From NCBI RefSeq assembly GCF_000143415.4, contig NW_003314461.1, forward strand, positions 22,756 through 72,714: a stretch of DNA of 49,959 nucleotides, given 5' to 3'. Origin of the DNA: Selaginella moellendorffii. Taxonomy: Eukaryota; Plantae; Lycopodiophyta. The stretch's first letter is position 1, and each line of letters opens with the position of its first letter. Positions 11,828 to 24,226 of the stretch are shown in pieces. The position numbers and the translations under genes are program-made. The notes beneath the pieces were generated by a model that worked only from the letters and a program-made list of their open reading frames with translations, did not search any database and had not been told where the DNA came from.

Positions 11828-13224
11828 GGTTCCAAATGTATAGTAGGGATAATGGTTTGAAATATAAGTGATTCCATTAAGTTGTGTTGCTCTTTGTTTT
11901 ATGTCTGGCTTAGGTCTAAACTCAAGCTCTATGTTGCTCTAGTCGGTGGGGTACCCTTTTCTTTGCATTAGGCCACCGGTATGATGAAATTATGCCAAAT
12001 ATTATTTAACACTATTTTGCATGCAAGAGTTGGATATAAGGAGTTGTTGTCGTAGGGGATATTGAGAGCATACTGAACCCTCATTTTATAGCAAAATAGG
12101 CTTGAATTTCAATTCCAAATTCAAGTATGCTACATTTGGTACTTGGCCAAATTAGCATAAAGGTTGTGGTGGGTTCTAAATAAATAATAGGGATAGTGGT
12201 TTGAAGCATAAGCAACCATCTGAGGCATTAGTTTAGCGTTAGATTGTGCTGCTCTTTGTTCTACGTCTGGCTTAAGTTTAAGCCTAAACGTTTATGCTGC
12301 TTTAGTCGATAGGGTACCCTTCTCCTTGCATTAGATCACTAGTATGCTAAAATTATATCAAACATTGTTTTGCATGTAGAAGCTGAATACGGGGAGTTAG
12401 TGCTCATAGGGGATATTGAGTGCTTACTGGACTTTTATTTTATAGTGTAATAGGCTTAGATTTTAACTCCAAATTCAGATGTGCTACATTTGGTACTTGG
12501 TTAGATTAGTATAAAGGTTGTGGTGGGTTTTAAATAAATAGTAGGGATAGTGGTTTGAAACATAAGTAACCATCTGAGACATTAGTTTGGTGTTGGATTG
12601 TGTCACTCTTTGTTTTGCATTTGGCTTAAGTTTAAGCCTAAGCTCTATGTTGCTTTAGTTGATGGGGTACCCTTCTCTTTGTGTTAGACCACTGGTATGT
12701 TGAAATTGTTCTAAATATTTTCTAACATTGTTTTGCATGTAGAAGCTGGATACGGGGAGTTAGTGCTCATAGGGGATGTTGAGTGCATACTGGACCCTCA
12801 TTTTATACCGTAATGGGCTTGGATTTTAGCTCCAAATTCATATGTGCTACATTTAGTACATGGTCAAATTAGTATAAAGGTTGTGGTGGATTTTAAATGT
12901 ATAATAGAGATAATGATTTGAAACATAAGTGATTATTTGAGACATTAGTTTGGCTTTTATTGGGTTATATCGCTCCTTGTTCTATGTTTAGATTGGGTTT
13001 AAGCTCAACCTCTATGTTGCTCTAGTTGGTGGGGTACCTTTTTCCTTGCGTTAGGCCACCGGTATATTAAAATTATGTCAGACACTATCTAACACTGTTT
13101 TGCATGTAAGACCTAAATACGGGGAGTTGGTGCTTATAGGGGATATTAAATGCATACTAGACTGTCATTTTGTAGCACAATAGGTTTAGATTTCAACTCA
13201 AATTCAGATGTGCTACATTTGGTA
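11828..13224 (+). repeat. Four tandem ~360-bp copies of the 3' half of the element A LTR plus the start of the PBS
   Basis: TGCTACA+TTT(G/A)GTA unit ends at 12134, 12488, 12851 and 13217 (periods 354, 363, 366). Confidence 0.88.
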
Positions 13225-15151
13225 TTAGAAGAATTGTTTTAGCAGTTCCTATCCAACTTTTTGTTTTGACTCAAGTTACATATATAGAGACCTTTTTAGT
13301 AGATCTAAAGCAACCTATATAGGATTAGTTAAATTGCACTATTCAGTAAGAACATTGTATACATGTTTAGTTATTGATAAAGGCATGTATGTAGTTGGTA
13401 AGATAGCAAAAAGAACTATGCTGATGATATTGAAACCTTTAGATAAGCAAATCAAGAGAATGAAATTTTTATTAGAGATGCTATAGAAGAGGTAGAGGCT
13501 GAGTTATAAAAGGAAAAGCCCAATGCTGCAGTACTACAGCATACTACTTAAGACATTGAGATAAAACATTTGTGAAAGGAAGTTCATAAATTGAATAAAG
13601 AGAATAATTAGAAGAAAAAAAAAAATAAAGCAATTAAACCAGCTAAACCTAAGTAACTAAACAACTATTCAAGTTTTAAGGATAGTGAAGTTTTATAACT
13701 ACCGCTAGTTATATGAGTTTCAAAGTTCAAACCCCTGAAACCACCCAACTTCAGAGGGATGCAGGACTATTAAGTTTTGGAAGATTGGGTTTACGATATT
13801 GAAAATTATTTTATAGTAGCAGACATGGATGATCATACAAAGATTACATATGCCCAATCCTTTCTTAGCGATTATGCCGAAACTTGGTGGTGCCTCGGTT
13901 TAATCTTGGTTTGAGACTTCATACAGAGTTGTGGTTGTTAAAGCATTGTAGGGACCTTATGCACTATGTTAATGCATTTGCTCAAAAGTGCATTATAATT
14001 ACAAATATAAGTGATGAAGATGCTTAAAGTTATTTCTTAAAAAGTTTAAATTTATTTTTTTGCAATGAGATTTTGAAGGTTAAGCTAAAGACATATCTGG
14101 AGTGTAAGGAGGTAGCAAAAAAAGTTGCCTTTTAATCACTCACTCATAAAACAGTATCAGTAGCCATATATTGGTATCTTGAACAAAAATAAGAACTCTA
14201 AGAATAAACAAGGTGACCGAAAATAGAGAGTGGAAGGGAAATTCTACTCTAGAGGCTCACAGGCAATGGTTAAGCTACTAGTGGTTGGTGATCACTAGTA
14301 GCTTCTTCTGATTTTGGACCCTTTGTTCCTCCTCCTAGTGGGTACAAGTAGCAATAACATGCAAAACTTGCTCTTAGCAAAATAGGTAATATGTGTCATT
14401 ACTTTCATTATGGAGAGGCAGAATATAGGATCTTGGAATGTCCCAACAAACATAAAATAAAGTCTCATGTCAATGTTATGAGGGAAGATGGTGGTGGTGA
14501 AGCTGAAGGAGTTGAAAAATTGGTTAATGTAGATTAAAAGGAAGAAAATGTAAGTTACTTTCCTTAAGCTTTTCTTAGAGTTAATGCAAGCATTGATCTA
14601 TTGATGTATTTTGTAGGTTTGTCTATGGATATTAAATCCGAGTGATGATTGACATGGGAGGCATGCACAACGTGATATCCAAAGCCTTAGTTAAGTTATT
14701 AGAATTGAAAGTTGAGCAAATGTCACCCATACACTTCCGATTTGCACAAGGTGGGCAAGTAGCTAGGAAATTTATGAGTGATGTTCTAATAAAGATATCT
14801 AAGATGAAAAAAAGATTGGATTTTGTAATGTTAAAGATACAAAACTTTCAAATGGTGTTTGGTATGGATTTCTTTAATAAATATATCAAAGGGATATATA
14901 GTGCTGGACAAAGTTGTATTATATTGAGGTCAAAAAGACATTTTAATATGTCCTTCCAATTGCAAAGTGCTCCTTAGGGAATTGGGATGCTAAATTCTTA
15001 ATTGCAAGAGCCACTCAAAAAGTAGTTAAAAAAGGATGTCAAACCTTCTGGGTTCAAGCCATGGTAACTAAGGGTGATATTAACCTAGTTTAAATTAGTG
15101 ATAAAGTTAATCCTATACCAAAGAAAATATTGAAGTTATTGACAAGGAATT

Positions 15152-16265
15152 TGTAAGCGACTAAATTTTCCATTCTACTTTAGTCACTTAACCACAACTC
15201 TGACCACTTGGAGGAGTCTCATTCACAACCTCCATGAGTCCAATCCAGGACTTGGGACTTGCTAGCCCCAAGAATGGCATCCATGGCACTCAACATTTGC
15301 ACTTGGTCCAAGTGCTCCACGTGTCCGATCCCATGACCGACACTCAAAGGTACCACCGACATAGCAGCCCGTTACGCTAAGGCCATGCTCAATCACCTTT
15401 GCCACACTGGTAGTCCAATACCACTTGCATCACCGTCTTGGCTCTCCAAGACTAGGCAAACCATCCGTGAGTGGTCATCTCAGATCCACTCCTTAGCATC
15501 CTTAGGATGCCCACCGACAAGGGGAATAGCCTTCCCCAATATCCCTCTGTCAGTCCCCACTAAGTCCCTTTCCGCCCCTGGCCGTGTTTGCCAACACTGC
15601 CACTGGATCGAGACCCACAGGCCCGACCACTAAGTCCCACGGTCCTCTGGGACTTCCTCACCACACGACTGTGTCCTTGGTCACTACCCCAGAGGACTGC
15701 TCCTCTTCCTTTCCACAGTCTCGGCCTTTGGGACAACATTTCGGAACACCGTGGCTTTACGCGAGCCACCTGGGTACTCTCCTCGCCTTCTGCCCTTGGG
15801 TGCTCTAGCCATGGGCTTAGAGCGGGTTCCGTTGAGCCACACCAGGTATCCAAGTAGGTAGTGCCACCCACACTTGGACTGGGAGCATTGGCCAGTCGAT
15901 CTCCCGGGGGAACTAGAGCCGGCTCTTGAACACTTCGCCAAGCTACCCCACTTGTCGGTCCATGTTCACTCTAGTCTTGGACTTCCCAGTGGGCAGCTCA
16001 TCACCCAACACTGGGTCCGGCCTTCCTAGGCCAAACTGGCCTTTCCTGGCCAAACTGGCTCCACTGCAGTCCTCCCCCCTACTATACTTTTGGAGCTCAC
16101 CAAACCCCCCAGGGTCTGGGAGACGAACGCTTTGGGCTTTCACCCTCTCAGGCTCCGGACTCGGACTCGGACTCGGACTCGGACTCGGACTCGGACTCGG
16201 ACTCGGATTCGGACTCGGACTCGGCCTCGGCCTCGGCCTCGGTCTCGGTCTCGGTCCCGATCTCA

Positions 16266-16298
<33 letters not shown>

Positions 16299-16992
16299 CC
16301 GGTCTCGGTCTCGGTCTCGACTTCGGACTCCATCTCGGACTCCATCTCGGACTCCATCTCGGACTCCATCTCGGACTCCATCTCGGACTCCATCTCGGGT
16401 CCATCTCGGACTCCATCTCGGACTCCATCTCGGGTCCATCTCGGACTCCATCTCGGACTCCATTTCGGGTCCATCTTGGGTCCACCTCGGACTCCATCTC
16501 GGACTCCATCTCGGACTCCATCTCGGACTCCATCTCGGTCCATCTCGGACTCCACTTCAGACTCCAACTTGGGTCCATCTCGGGTCCACCTCGGACTCCA
16601 CTTCGGACTCCATCTCGGACTCCATCTCGGGTCCATCTCGGACTCCACTTCGGACTCCAACTCGGGTCCATCTCGGACTCCACTTCGGACTCCAACTCGG
16701 GTCCATCTTGGACTCCACTTCGGACTCCACTTCGGACTCCAACTCGAGTCCATCTCGGACACTCCCACGTGTCATGTGTTGGTCCTTTTGGGTCCCTTTT
16801 TGGAGCCTCGCCTTTTGCTCGCTTCGTGCTCGTTCCTCGAGCACTTCGTTGGGAGTTCCACTCCCGCTCTTGACTTTTCAAGTCGGAGCTTTTGGTCCAA
16901 ACGTGTTACGCTCGTTTGGCTCTCGCTTCGGCCACTACCATGTGGCGCCCTTTCCGGCTCTACTTTGGGGCCTAGGGATTTTGTGTCTCACA
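15152..16992 (-). repeat. 3' LTR of element C (1841 bp)
   Basis: Direct repeat of 21149-22964. Confidence 0.95.
16157..16760. repeat. Compound CpG-rich minisatellite: (GGACTC)n, (GGTCTC)n, (GGACTCCATCTC)n variants
   Basis: Directly visible 6-mer and 11/12-mer tandem units inside the LTR. Confidence 0.95.
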
Positions 16993-17094
16993 ACTCCACC
17001 ACCCATAGACGAAGTTCGATGTCCTCATCGAACGGTAAACCATTTTATAAAGTAACACCCGCATGTGTTACCATTTCCATCCTTGGCACCTAGC

Positions 17095-17227
17095 CAATAT
17101 TTGTCAATGGTTTGACATTGAAGGCTCACCATGCCTTCTCCATATTCGTCAATGGTTTGCCATTGAAGGCTCACCATGCCTTTTGCATATTCCTCAATGG
17201 TTTGACACCAAAGGCTCACCATGCCTT
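17095..17227. repeat. 3 x 45-bp tandem repeat near the PPT of element C
   Basis: TCAATGGTTTG...AAGGCTCACCATGCCTT starts at 17104, 17149 and 17194. Confidence 0.9.
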
Positions 17228-18256
17228 ACCTATCCCCTAAGGAGGGCAGTCTTTCCAACTTAGAGACTGATTGGACCACATATAGTGGTTTTCTCCTTTT
17301 ATTGGTTTAGTTCTCGCTAAACCTCTTAGAGACCCTTCTCTAAGTCAATCCCACTACTCCTTCTCAAGTAGTCTCAATTTCCATCTATTGAACGTTTGCA
17401 CCTTGGAACTTTTACTCTTTTGACTTTTGGAAGTCAATTTCCTAGGTGTCTCCAACACCTTGCATTGCACAGATTGTGCAACTCCACTTCCCCATCCTAG
17501 GAAGCTCATTACTTGAGGGCACCATCATCCTCTCTTCTATTTCGTGCCACCTTGGGCACTAAGTTCCATTTATCATACTTTGTGCTAGGGCTGTCCATGG
17601 CCCTATCATTTGGCTACCTTACCGCTCCCTCCCTTGGAGCTTCCACTTTCGCCAAATCAGAGCAATTCGGAATTCATCCTTGGAAACACACTTCCTTTTC
17701 CGGAATTTGTTAGCGTCCAACACATTAGTGTTCCTCGCCTAACTTTGTCACTTGGATTCCTTCCAAGGGATTCCACGGCCCTATCTTGGCCACTCATCTT
17801 TTGCTCCTATCCGTTGATTGTTGCACCAAGCAACATCGAATCTCTACCTCCCTCCTTGAGGTATTCTTGTGATTCCTTAGCAAAGGCTCTGCTTTGCCAA
17901 GACTAGGGTGTTTGCCCCTAGTAAGTCTCTTTAGCATCTTCTGCTGTGGGCTCTATCCACGGCCCAACTTTGTGACCCTCCCATGGGTCTCTTTAGAGAC
18001 TACTTTCCTTGGACACACTATGCCATCGCAATGACATAGCTCATTTCCCTAGGGTGCTTTTCCCACTTGATCACCTTGACCAAGCCACACCATCATCAAT
18101 AGTTCAAATCAACACTTTGAACTAGGAACCTTACTCCTTAACCCAAACAAGGACCTTGTCCTTATTTAGCCACAAGATCACCTAGTGATCTCACCTCGGC
18201 ACCTTAACAGGTTTGCCAATAGGTATTAGGTCTTCCAGACCTTTAATTTGTTAACT

Positions 18257-18660
18257 ACGACCCCGGGGGCATCCCCCACACTTGGCGGTGCGCCCAAGCC
18301 AGCCCTTCCGGCCAAGGGTCCATAGCAACTGAGATTAGGTGTCCCCATCTCACTCACCACGTCCTTGGTGCCACTCGCACCAAAGCGTTCAAGTTAGATA
18401 TGCCGAGCTTTCACACTAAGCAATCTAACCGTGCATCACGACTCCGAGGCATCCCTCGCTTGGCGGTGTGCCCAAACCAGTCTCCCCACTGAGAGTCCAT
18501 GACCACCGAAATATGAGTGTCCTCATATTCCAAACCATCACCACGCCCTAGTGATTTGGGACTCGAACCCAAGCACTAGAGGGTCGGGACTCGAACCCAA
18601 CCTCCGTATATGCATCTACGGACGGCATCACACAAGATGCCTGGCGTGACTCCCCACGCC
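18257..18660 (-). ncRNA. Putative structured cis-RNA element: five abutting hairpins (two with tRNA T-loops) plus a duplicated hairpin module
   Basis: Stems GGCGTG/CACGCC, GGCATC/GATGCC, TCCGTA/TACGGA, GGTTGGG-TTCGAGT-CCCGACC and CTCTAGTG..TTGGG-TTCGAGT-CCCAA..CACTAGGG; G-U wobbles favour the minus (element sense) strand. Confidence 0.5.
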
Positions 18661-21133
18661 GGTGCACCAACTTATTTTTAAAGCGCGCTACAGATCACAG
18701 CTTAGGAACCTAGTTCCTCCACACTGCCAAGTCCTCTCACTTGACATGTCTGTGATCATGCATGGACTCCTCCATGCTCGGCCCCATGGCCCACCCTTTT
18801 TGAAGTTATCACCTTCAACTAGGGTATTTGTTCCCCCGACATGCCAATCTCGCTTGGCAAGTCCTCCGACCACTGTAACATGGTTCCTGCATAAGCGTGA
18901 AAGTCCTTGACCATCGACTTTCGTTCAAAGCCCTCTCTTTGAACACTCAGGAACTACTTCCCTAACCTTGATAGCCTTGCCTCATGGCAAGCTTCAAGAC
19001 CACGCTTCTGCTGCGCCACTCTGATTTCGCGCGTTCCATGAACCATTTACACTTGGCCTTTCTAGGTACTAAGCTACCTAGAATCGTCTTTGGGAACCTT
19101 GAAGGAACTCTGTCCCTCAGCTTGCTAAGGCCTCCCTTTTTGCAAGCCTTCCAAATGCCACATAGTCTAACATGGACAATTCCATATTTTAGACTCTCCA
19201 TGGCATCACGGTTGCTAGCGGCAACACCCTCGAGCCCCCACTTGATTCTCCACTTCCAGCTGGCATAACCAACCTTGGTTATGCCCTTTGATTCCTACGG
19301 TTCGGTTCTATCCCCTTACTTCTTGCTTTTTGGCTTCACACCTTTCCTTTGGTCATTCTCCTCCAGACCAGGAGGATAGCTTTGCACTTTCTATCATGCT
19401 TTAGCAAGTATTCTTAGGGATGAACCTACCCAATAGCCTAGGGAGTGGTTCCTCAATCCAGGTATGCTCACCCTATAATCCCACACACCGGGATTACGTT
19501 GTTGCTTATGGGCCTTTACATGCCCATCACTAGCCTTGCCAAAATTCCATTTTTGGCTTTGTCCAACTCGGGTAGACAGTCCTCTCCTGTCTCCGCAACC
19601 TTGGACATTTGGATAGCACCTTCTATCCATCATTCGCTAGGGACTTAGTCCCTTGGGCTTTATCCATTGCCCTCGCGACATCAAACACCACCTTCTGGTG
19701 TTCTAGAGTGTTCGGGTGTCCCAATGATGGCTTTCTTGACAATGAGTATTTCCTTTTATGACATTGACTTACTATATCGCAACACAAGCAACTTATCCCC
19801 CGTAAGGGTATATCCAACTTCCCTATGCTATTAAGAAGTCTTGGGTAGCTACCTTCTACCCGTTTAACCAGTTATTTTGCACCTCTTGCTTAGTTGCCTT
19901 GTAGTTGTCAAGTCCTACAACTCATTGCTAGTGCTTCCACACCTCCATCATTATCTGGGTCACCACACTCCAACTGCATGCTCTGCAGCTTAGGCTATGC
20001 TATTCCCATTTCCATTGGGATTCCTTTGGCAAGGGGTCTCATGAACCCACCAACATAGCCTCAAGGTATCACACCTTGGCACATTTGGTGTCTCCACACC
20101 ATCGGCTCCACGAGCCTACCTCTATGACATTTCCCCTTCGTGTCTAAGTCTTTGCCAAGACCAACACCGCTCTTTCTCATGCCAACCATCCGTTAGCACT
20201 GCACCATAGAGGTCACACACAACTTTATGTCAAAGTTTTTTTTTTTCTTCTGGGAACACCTTTTCCATAACTTTAGCATGGCACATTTTGCCATCGATGA
20301 GATACCCTCTGTTCTCATCCTTGGATCCTATGATCCCCTCCCATCCTTTGTGGGGTACAACACACCTCAGTCCAAATGCTTCCATTAGTCCTTTTAGGAC
20401 CATCCGTTGACTCTACTTGAGTCATCCAGCAGTTTTGGACTTAGTTAATCCACAGACCCGTAAGGTCCTACTTGTGAGGCACTAGCTCACTGGAATACAC
20501 TTCTTGCATTCCTGTCCTACTCAAAAGGACTATTTTCACAAGTGTTACTCCGACACTTGATTTTGTTCTCTGGGGGCAACCTTTGCCCCTTAGGACTACT
20601 TGTCCATGTGATGAGAACACCAACTCATCCCTAAGTACACCCCCCAACTCCTTGGGTTGTTCCAGCATTTATTAAAGGTAGCCCTAGCTACCATTTCAAG
20701 GACTTGAGTCCTCTTCCGTATTTGACCTCCCACGGTCATTACTTCTGGTCTCACATTCATGAGCACCAACCTCAACTATATGAGGAAAATCTTGTGACTC
20801 CTTTATTGCTTTGGAGTCTTTATCTTTCCCGTGATCCCAACTGTAGTTGTTTACCGCAACTACATTAGCCAGTTTGCTAAGTCAAACGCTCATCTAGATC
20901 ACATCCTCAACTCTTTGAGGAAAACCATATACTGTTCCCAAGATCCCAAAGTCGTTCCATTATTGGCCCTTTTCTATCCACCACCTCGTCTACAAGTTCA
21001 CACATGAACTGTAATGGAGAGCCATGTCTTCCCGACTTGCTACTCCTCAAGGATAGGCCCACTCCTCGGACCTTCCGATGCCAACACTAGTGGTGATATA
21101 CTTGAGCACCAATAAAAGTCGGACTAAGGAACA

Positions 21134-21145
21134 GCTCCGATACCA
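21134..21145 (-). promoter_or_regulatory. Primer-binding site (tRNA-iMet) of element C
   Basis: TGGTATCGGAGC versus canonical TGGTATCAGAGC, 3 nt inside the 5' LTR end. Confidence 0.85.
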
Positions 21146-21148
21146 AAT

Positions 21149-22964
21149 TGTAAGCGACTAAATTTTCCATTCTACTTTAGTCACTTAACCACAACTCTGA
21201 CCACTTGGAGGAGTCTCATTCACAACCTCCATGAGTCCAATCCAGGACTTGGGACTTGCTAGCCCCAAGAATGGCATCCATGGCACTCAACATTTGCACT
21301 TGGTCCAAGTGCTCCACGTGTCCGATCCCATGACCGACACTCAAAGGTACCACCGACATAGCAGCCCGTTACGCTAAGGCCATGCCCAATCACCTTTGCC
21401 ACACTGGTAGTCCAATACCACTTGCATCACCGTCTTGGCTCTCCAAGACTAGGCAAACCATCCGTGAGTGGTCATCTCAGATCCACTCCTTAGCATCCTT
21501 AGGATGCCCACCGACAAGGGGAATAGCCTTCCCCAATATCCCTCTGTCAGTCCCCACTAAGTCCCTTTCCGCCCCTGGCCGTGTTTGCCAACACTGCCAC
21601 TGGATCGAGACCCACAGGCCCGACCACTAAGTCCCACGGTCCTCTGGGACTTCCTCACCACACGACTGTGTCCTTGGTCACTACCCCAGAGGACTGCTCC
21701 TCTTCCTTTCCACAGTCTCGGCCTTTGGGACAACATTTCGGAACACCGTGGCCTTACGCGAGCCACCTGGGTACTCTCCTCGCCTTCTGCCCTTGGGTGC
21801 TCTAGCCATGGGCTTAGAGCGGGTTCCGTTGAGCCACACCAGGTATCCAAGTAGGTAGTGCCACCCACACTTGGACTGGGAGCATCGGCCAGTCGATCTC
21901 CCGGGGGAACTAGAGCCGGCTCTTGAACACTTCGCCAAGCTACCCCGCTTGTCGGTCTGTGTTCACTCTAGTCTTGGACTTCCCAGTGGGCAGCTCATCA
22001 CCCAACACTGGGTCCGGCCTTCCTGGGCCAAACTGGCCTTTCCTGGCCAAACTGGCTCCACTGCAGTCCTCCCCCCTACTATACTTTTGGAGCTCACCAA
22101 ACCCCCCAGGGTCTGGGAGACGAACGCTTTGGGCTTTCACCCTCTCAGGCTCCGGACTCGGACTCGGACTCGGACTCGGACTCGGACTCGGACTCGGACT
22201 CGGACTCGGGCTCGGGCTCCGTCTCGGCCTCGGCCTCGGTCTCGGTCTCGGTCCCGATCTCAGTCTCGGTCTCGGTCTCGGTCTCGGTCCCAGTCTCGGT
22301 CTCGACTTCGGACTCCATCTCGGACTCCATCTTGGGTCCATCTCGGGTCCATCTCGGACTCCATCTCGGACTCCATCTCGGGTCCATCTCGGACTCCATC
22401 TCGGACTCCATCTCGGACTCCATCTCGGACTCCATTTCGGGTCCATCTTGGGTCCACCTCGGACTCCATCTCGGACTCCATCTCGGACTCCATCTCGGAC
22501 TCCATCTCGGTCCATCTCGGACTCCACTTCAGACTCCAACTCGGGTCCATCTCGGGTCCACCTCGGACTCCACTTCGGACTCCATCTCGGACTCCATCTC
22601 GGGTCCATCTCGGACTCCACTTCGGACTCCAACTCGGGTCCATCTCGGACTCCACTTCGGACTCCAACTCGGGTCCATCTTGGACTCCACTTCGGACTCC
22701 ACTTCGGACTCCAACTCGAGTCCATCTCGGACACTCCCACGTGTCATGTGTTGGTCCTTTTGGGTCCCTTTTTGGAGCCTCGCCTTTTGCTCGCTTCGTG
22801 CTCGTTCCTCGAGCACTTCGTTGGGAGTTCCACTCCCGCTCTTGACTTTTCAAGTCGGAGCTTTTGGTCCAAACGTGTTACGCTCGTTTGGCTCTCGCTT
22901 CGGCCACTACCACGTGGCACCCTTTCCGGCTCTACTTTGGGGCCTAGGGATTTTGTGTCTCACA
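21149..22964 (-). repeat. 5' LTR of element C (1816 bp), with minisatellite at 22154-22732
   Basis: Direct repeat of 15152-16992; adjacent to the PBS. Confidence 0.95.
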
Positions 22965-24226
22965 GAATTAGGATATCTTTCTAAAGGATTTGTCATTAGA
23001 GCTACTCTCTAGTCGTGAGATTGATTATTGGATTGAAATTGTTCTAGGTTTTAAACTACCTACTCAAGCTCCAAGGCTTGAAGATCAAGGAGATGGTTGA
23101 ACTTAAGAAGTAACTCACTGTTGTGAATATGACTTTGGGTATCAAAAGATACTTGTTGGCCAATCCTTATGGACACTCTTTCTTTATTGCCACGACGGTA
23201 GAAGGTTGGTATTGTTGGTTCTCTTTATTAGCCCTTCTTGTCCAAGTGTTAGTAAACTAAATTTAGCATCTATACTTAGCCAAACGAGCATAAAGAAGGA
23301 ATTCTTAAGTGTTTATTTTGCCAAGCATACTTGGCCCGGCTTGTTAGTTCTCTTTCTCTCTGTCTTGCACTAACTTGACAAAAACCCTTGTGTATTGAAA
23401 CTAGTCTCTCAATATCGCTGGATAAAGCTTACCATATCTACCAAACACCTTTGTTATCATGCCTTTTGTGTTAGTCTCATTTCGGTTCCAAATGCTATTT
23501 ATAGAAAGTGTCTAGATTCGCTCATTTGGCATATCTACAGATCGGCCTGAACACAATGGTGTTCGTCCTGCGTCCAAATTCACAATTTAGGGATATTCCA
23601 CATTTAGTAAGTTTTGAGCTTGTCCCAGAGACTAACTCCTGGTACTAAGGGAGGTTTGGGGTGAAAGCCCAAAACATGTGTTCCTCAGGGAGGGGGAGTG
23701 GGGGGCTATGGGGGGTTCCAAATGTATAGTAGGGATAGTGGTTGGATTGCATGTTCGACTACCTAAGATATTAGTTTGGCTCCCGCTGGGTTGTGTCGCT
23801 CTTTATTCTACGTCCGGCTTGGGTCTAAGCCCAAGCTCCACGCTACTCTAGTCGGTGGGGTACCCTCCTCCTCGTGTGAGGCCACCGTTATGCCAAAATT
23901 GTGCCAGACTCCGTCTCACACCATTTTGCATGTAGGTGCTAGATACGGGGAGTTAGAGCTCGTGGGATTGTACCGGACCCTCGTTTTGTAGCGTAACAAG
24001 CTTGGCGTTCGGCTCCAAATTCATGTGTGCTATATTTGGTATCAAAAGGAAGTTCTCAGCGATTCCTATCCAACTTTTGTCAAATTTTCCGACTCAAGTT
24101 GCATATGCAGAGACTTTTCTAGTAGATCCAAAGCGACCAGTGTAGGATTAGTTGGATTGCACCATTCGGTAAGAACGTTGTATGCATGCTTAGTTACTAA
24201 TAGAGGCACGCATGCAGCTAGCGGGA

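Larger units (their letters stand above)
15152..22964 (-). mobile_element. Element C: young non-autonomous LTR retrotransposon (LARD-like)
   Basis: Near-identical LTRs at 15152-16992 and 21149-22964 (TG...CA) with TSD GAATT (15147-15151, 22965-22969). Minus-strand PBS TGGTATCGGAGC at 21145-21134 and PPT next to 16993. The 4.2-kb internal region has no long ORF or recognisable pol. Confidence 0.93.

Noticed and set aside
16320-16760. CRISPR-like appearance of the short repeats
   Set aside because: No unique spacers, no cas genes, and a eukaryotic LTR context
15926-17093. 200-350 aa ORFs in several frames (GL-, RS/RT-, PS-, MESE-, RDGV-repeat 'proteins'), repeated at 21871-23012 and 27792-28161
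   Set aside because: They result from stop-free 6/12-mer tandem repeats; frames differ between the two LTRs, so no single reading frame is conserved
18556-18602. tRNA gene(s)
   Set aside because: T-loop hairpins are present but there is no acceptor stem, D-arm/A-box or 7-nt anticodon loop
23620-23740. Hammerhead or twister ribozyme (retrozyme) around GGGTGAAAGCCC
   Set aside because: No CUGANGA core or twister pseudoknot found; position next to a TATA-like box fits a promoter better
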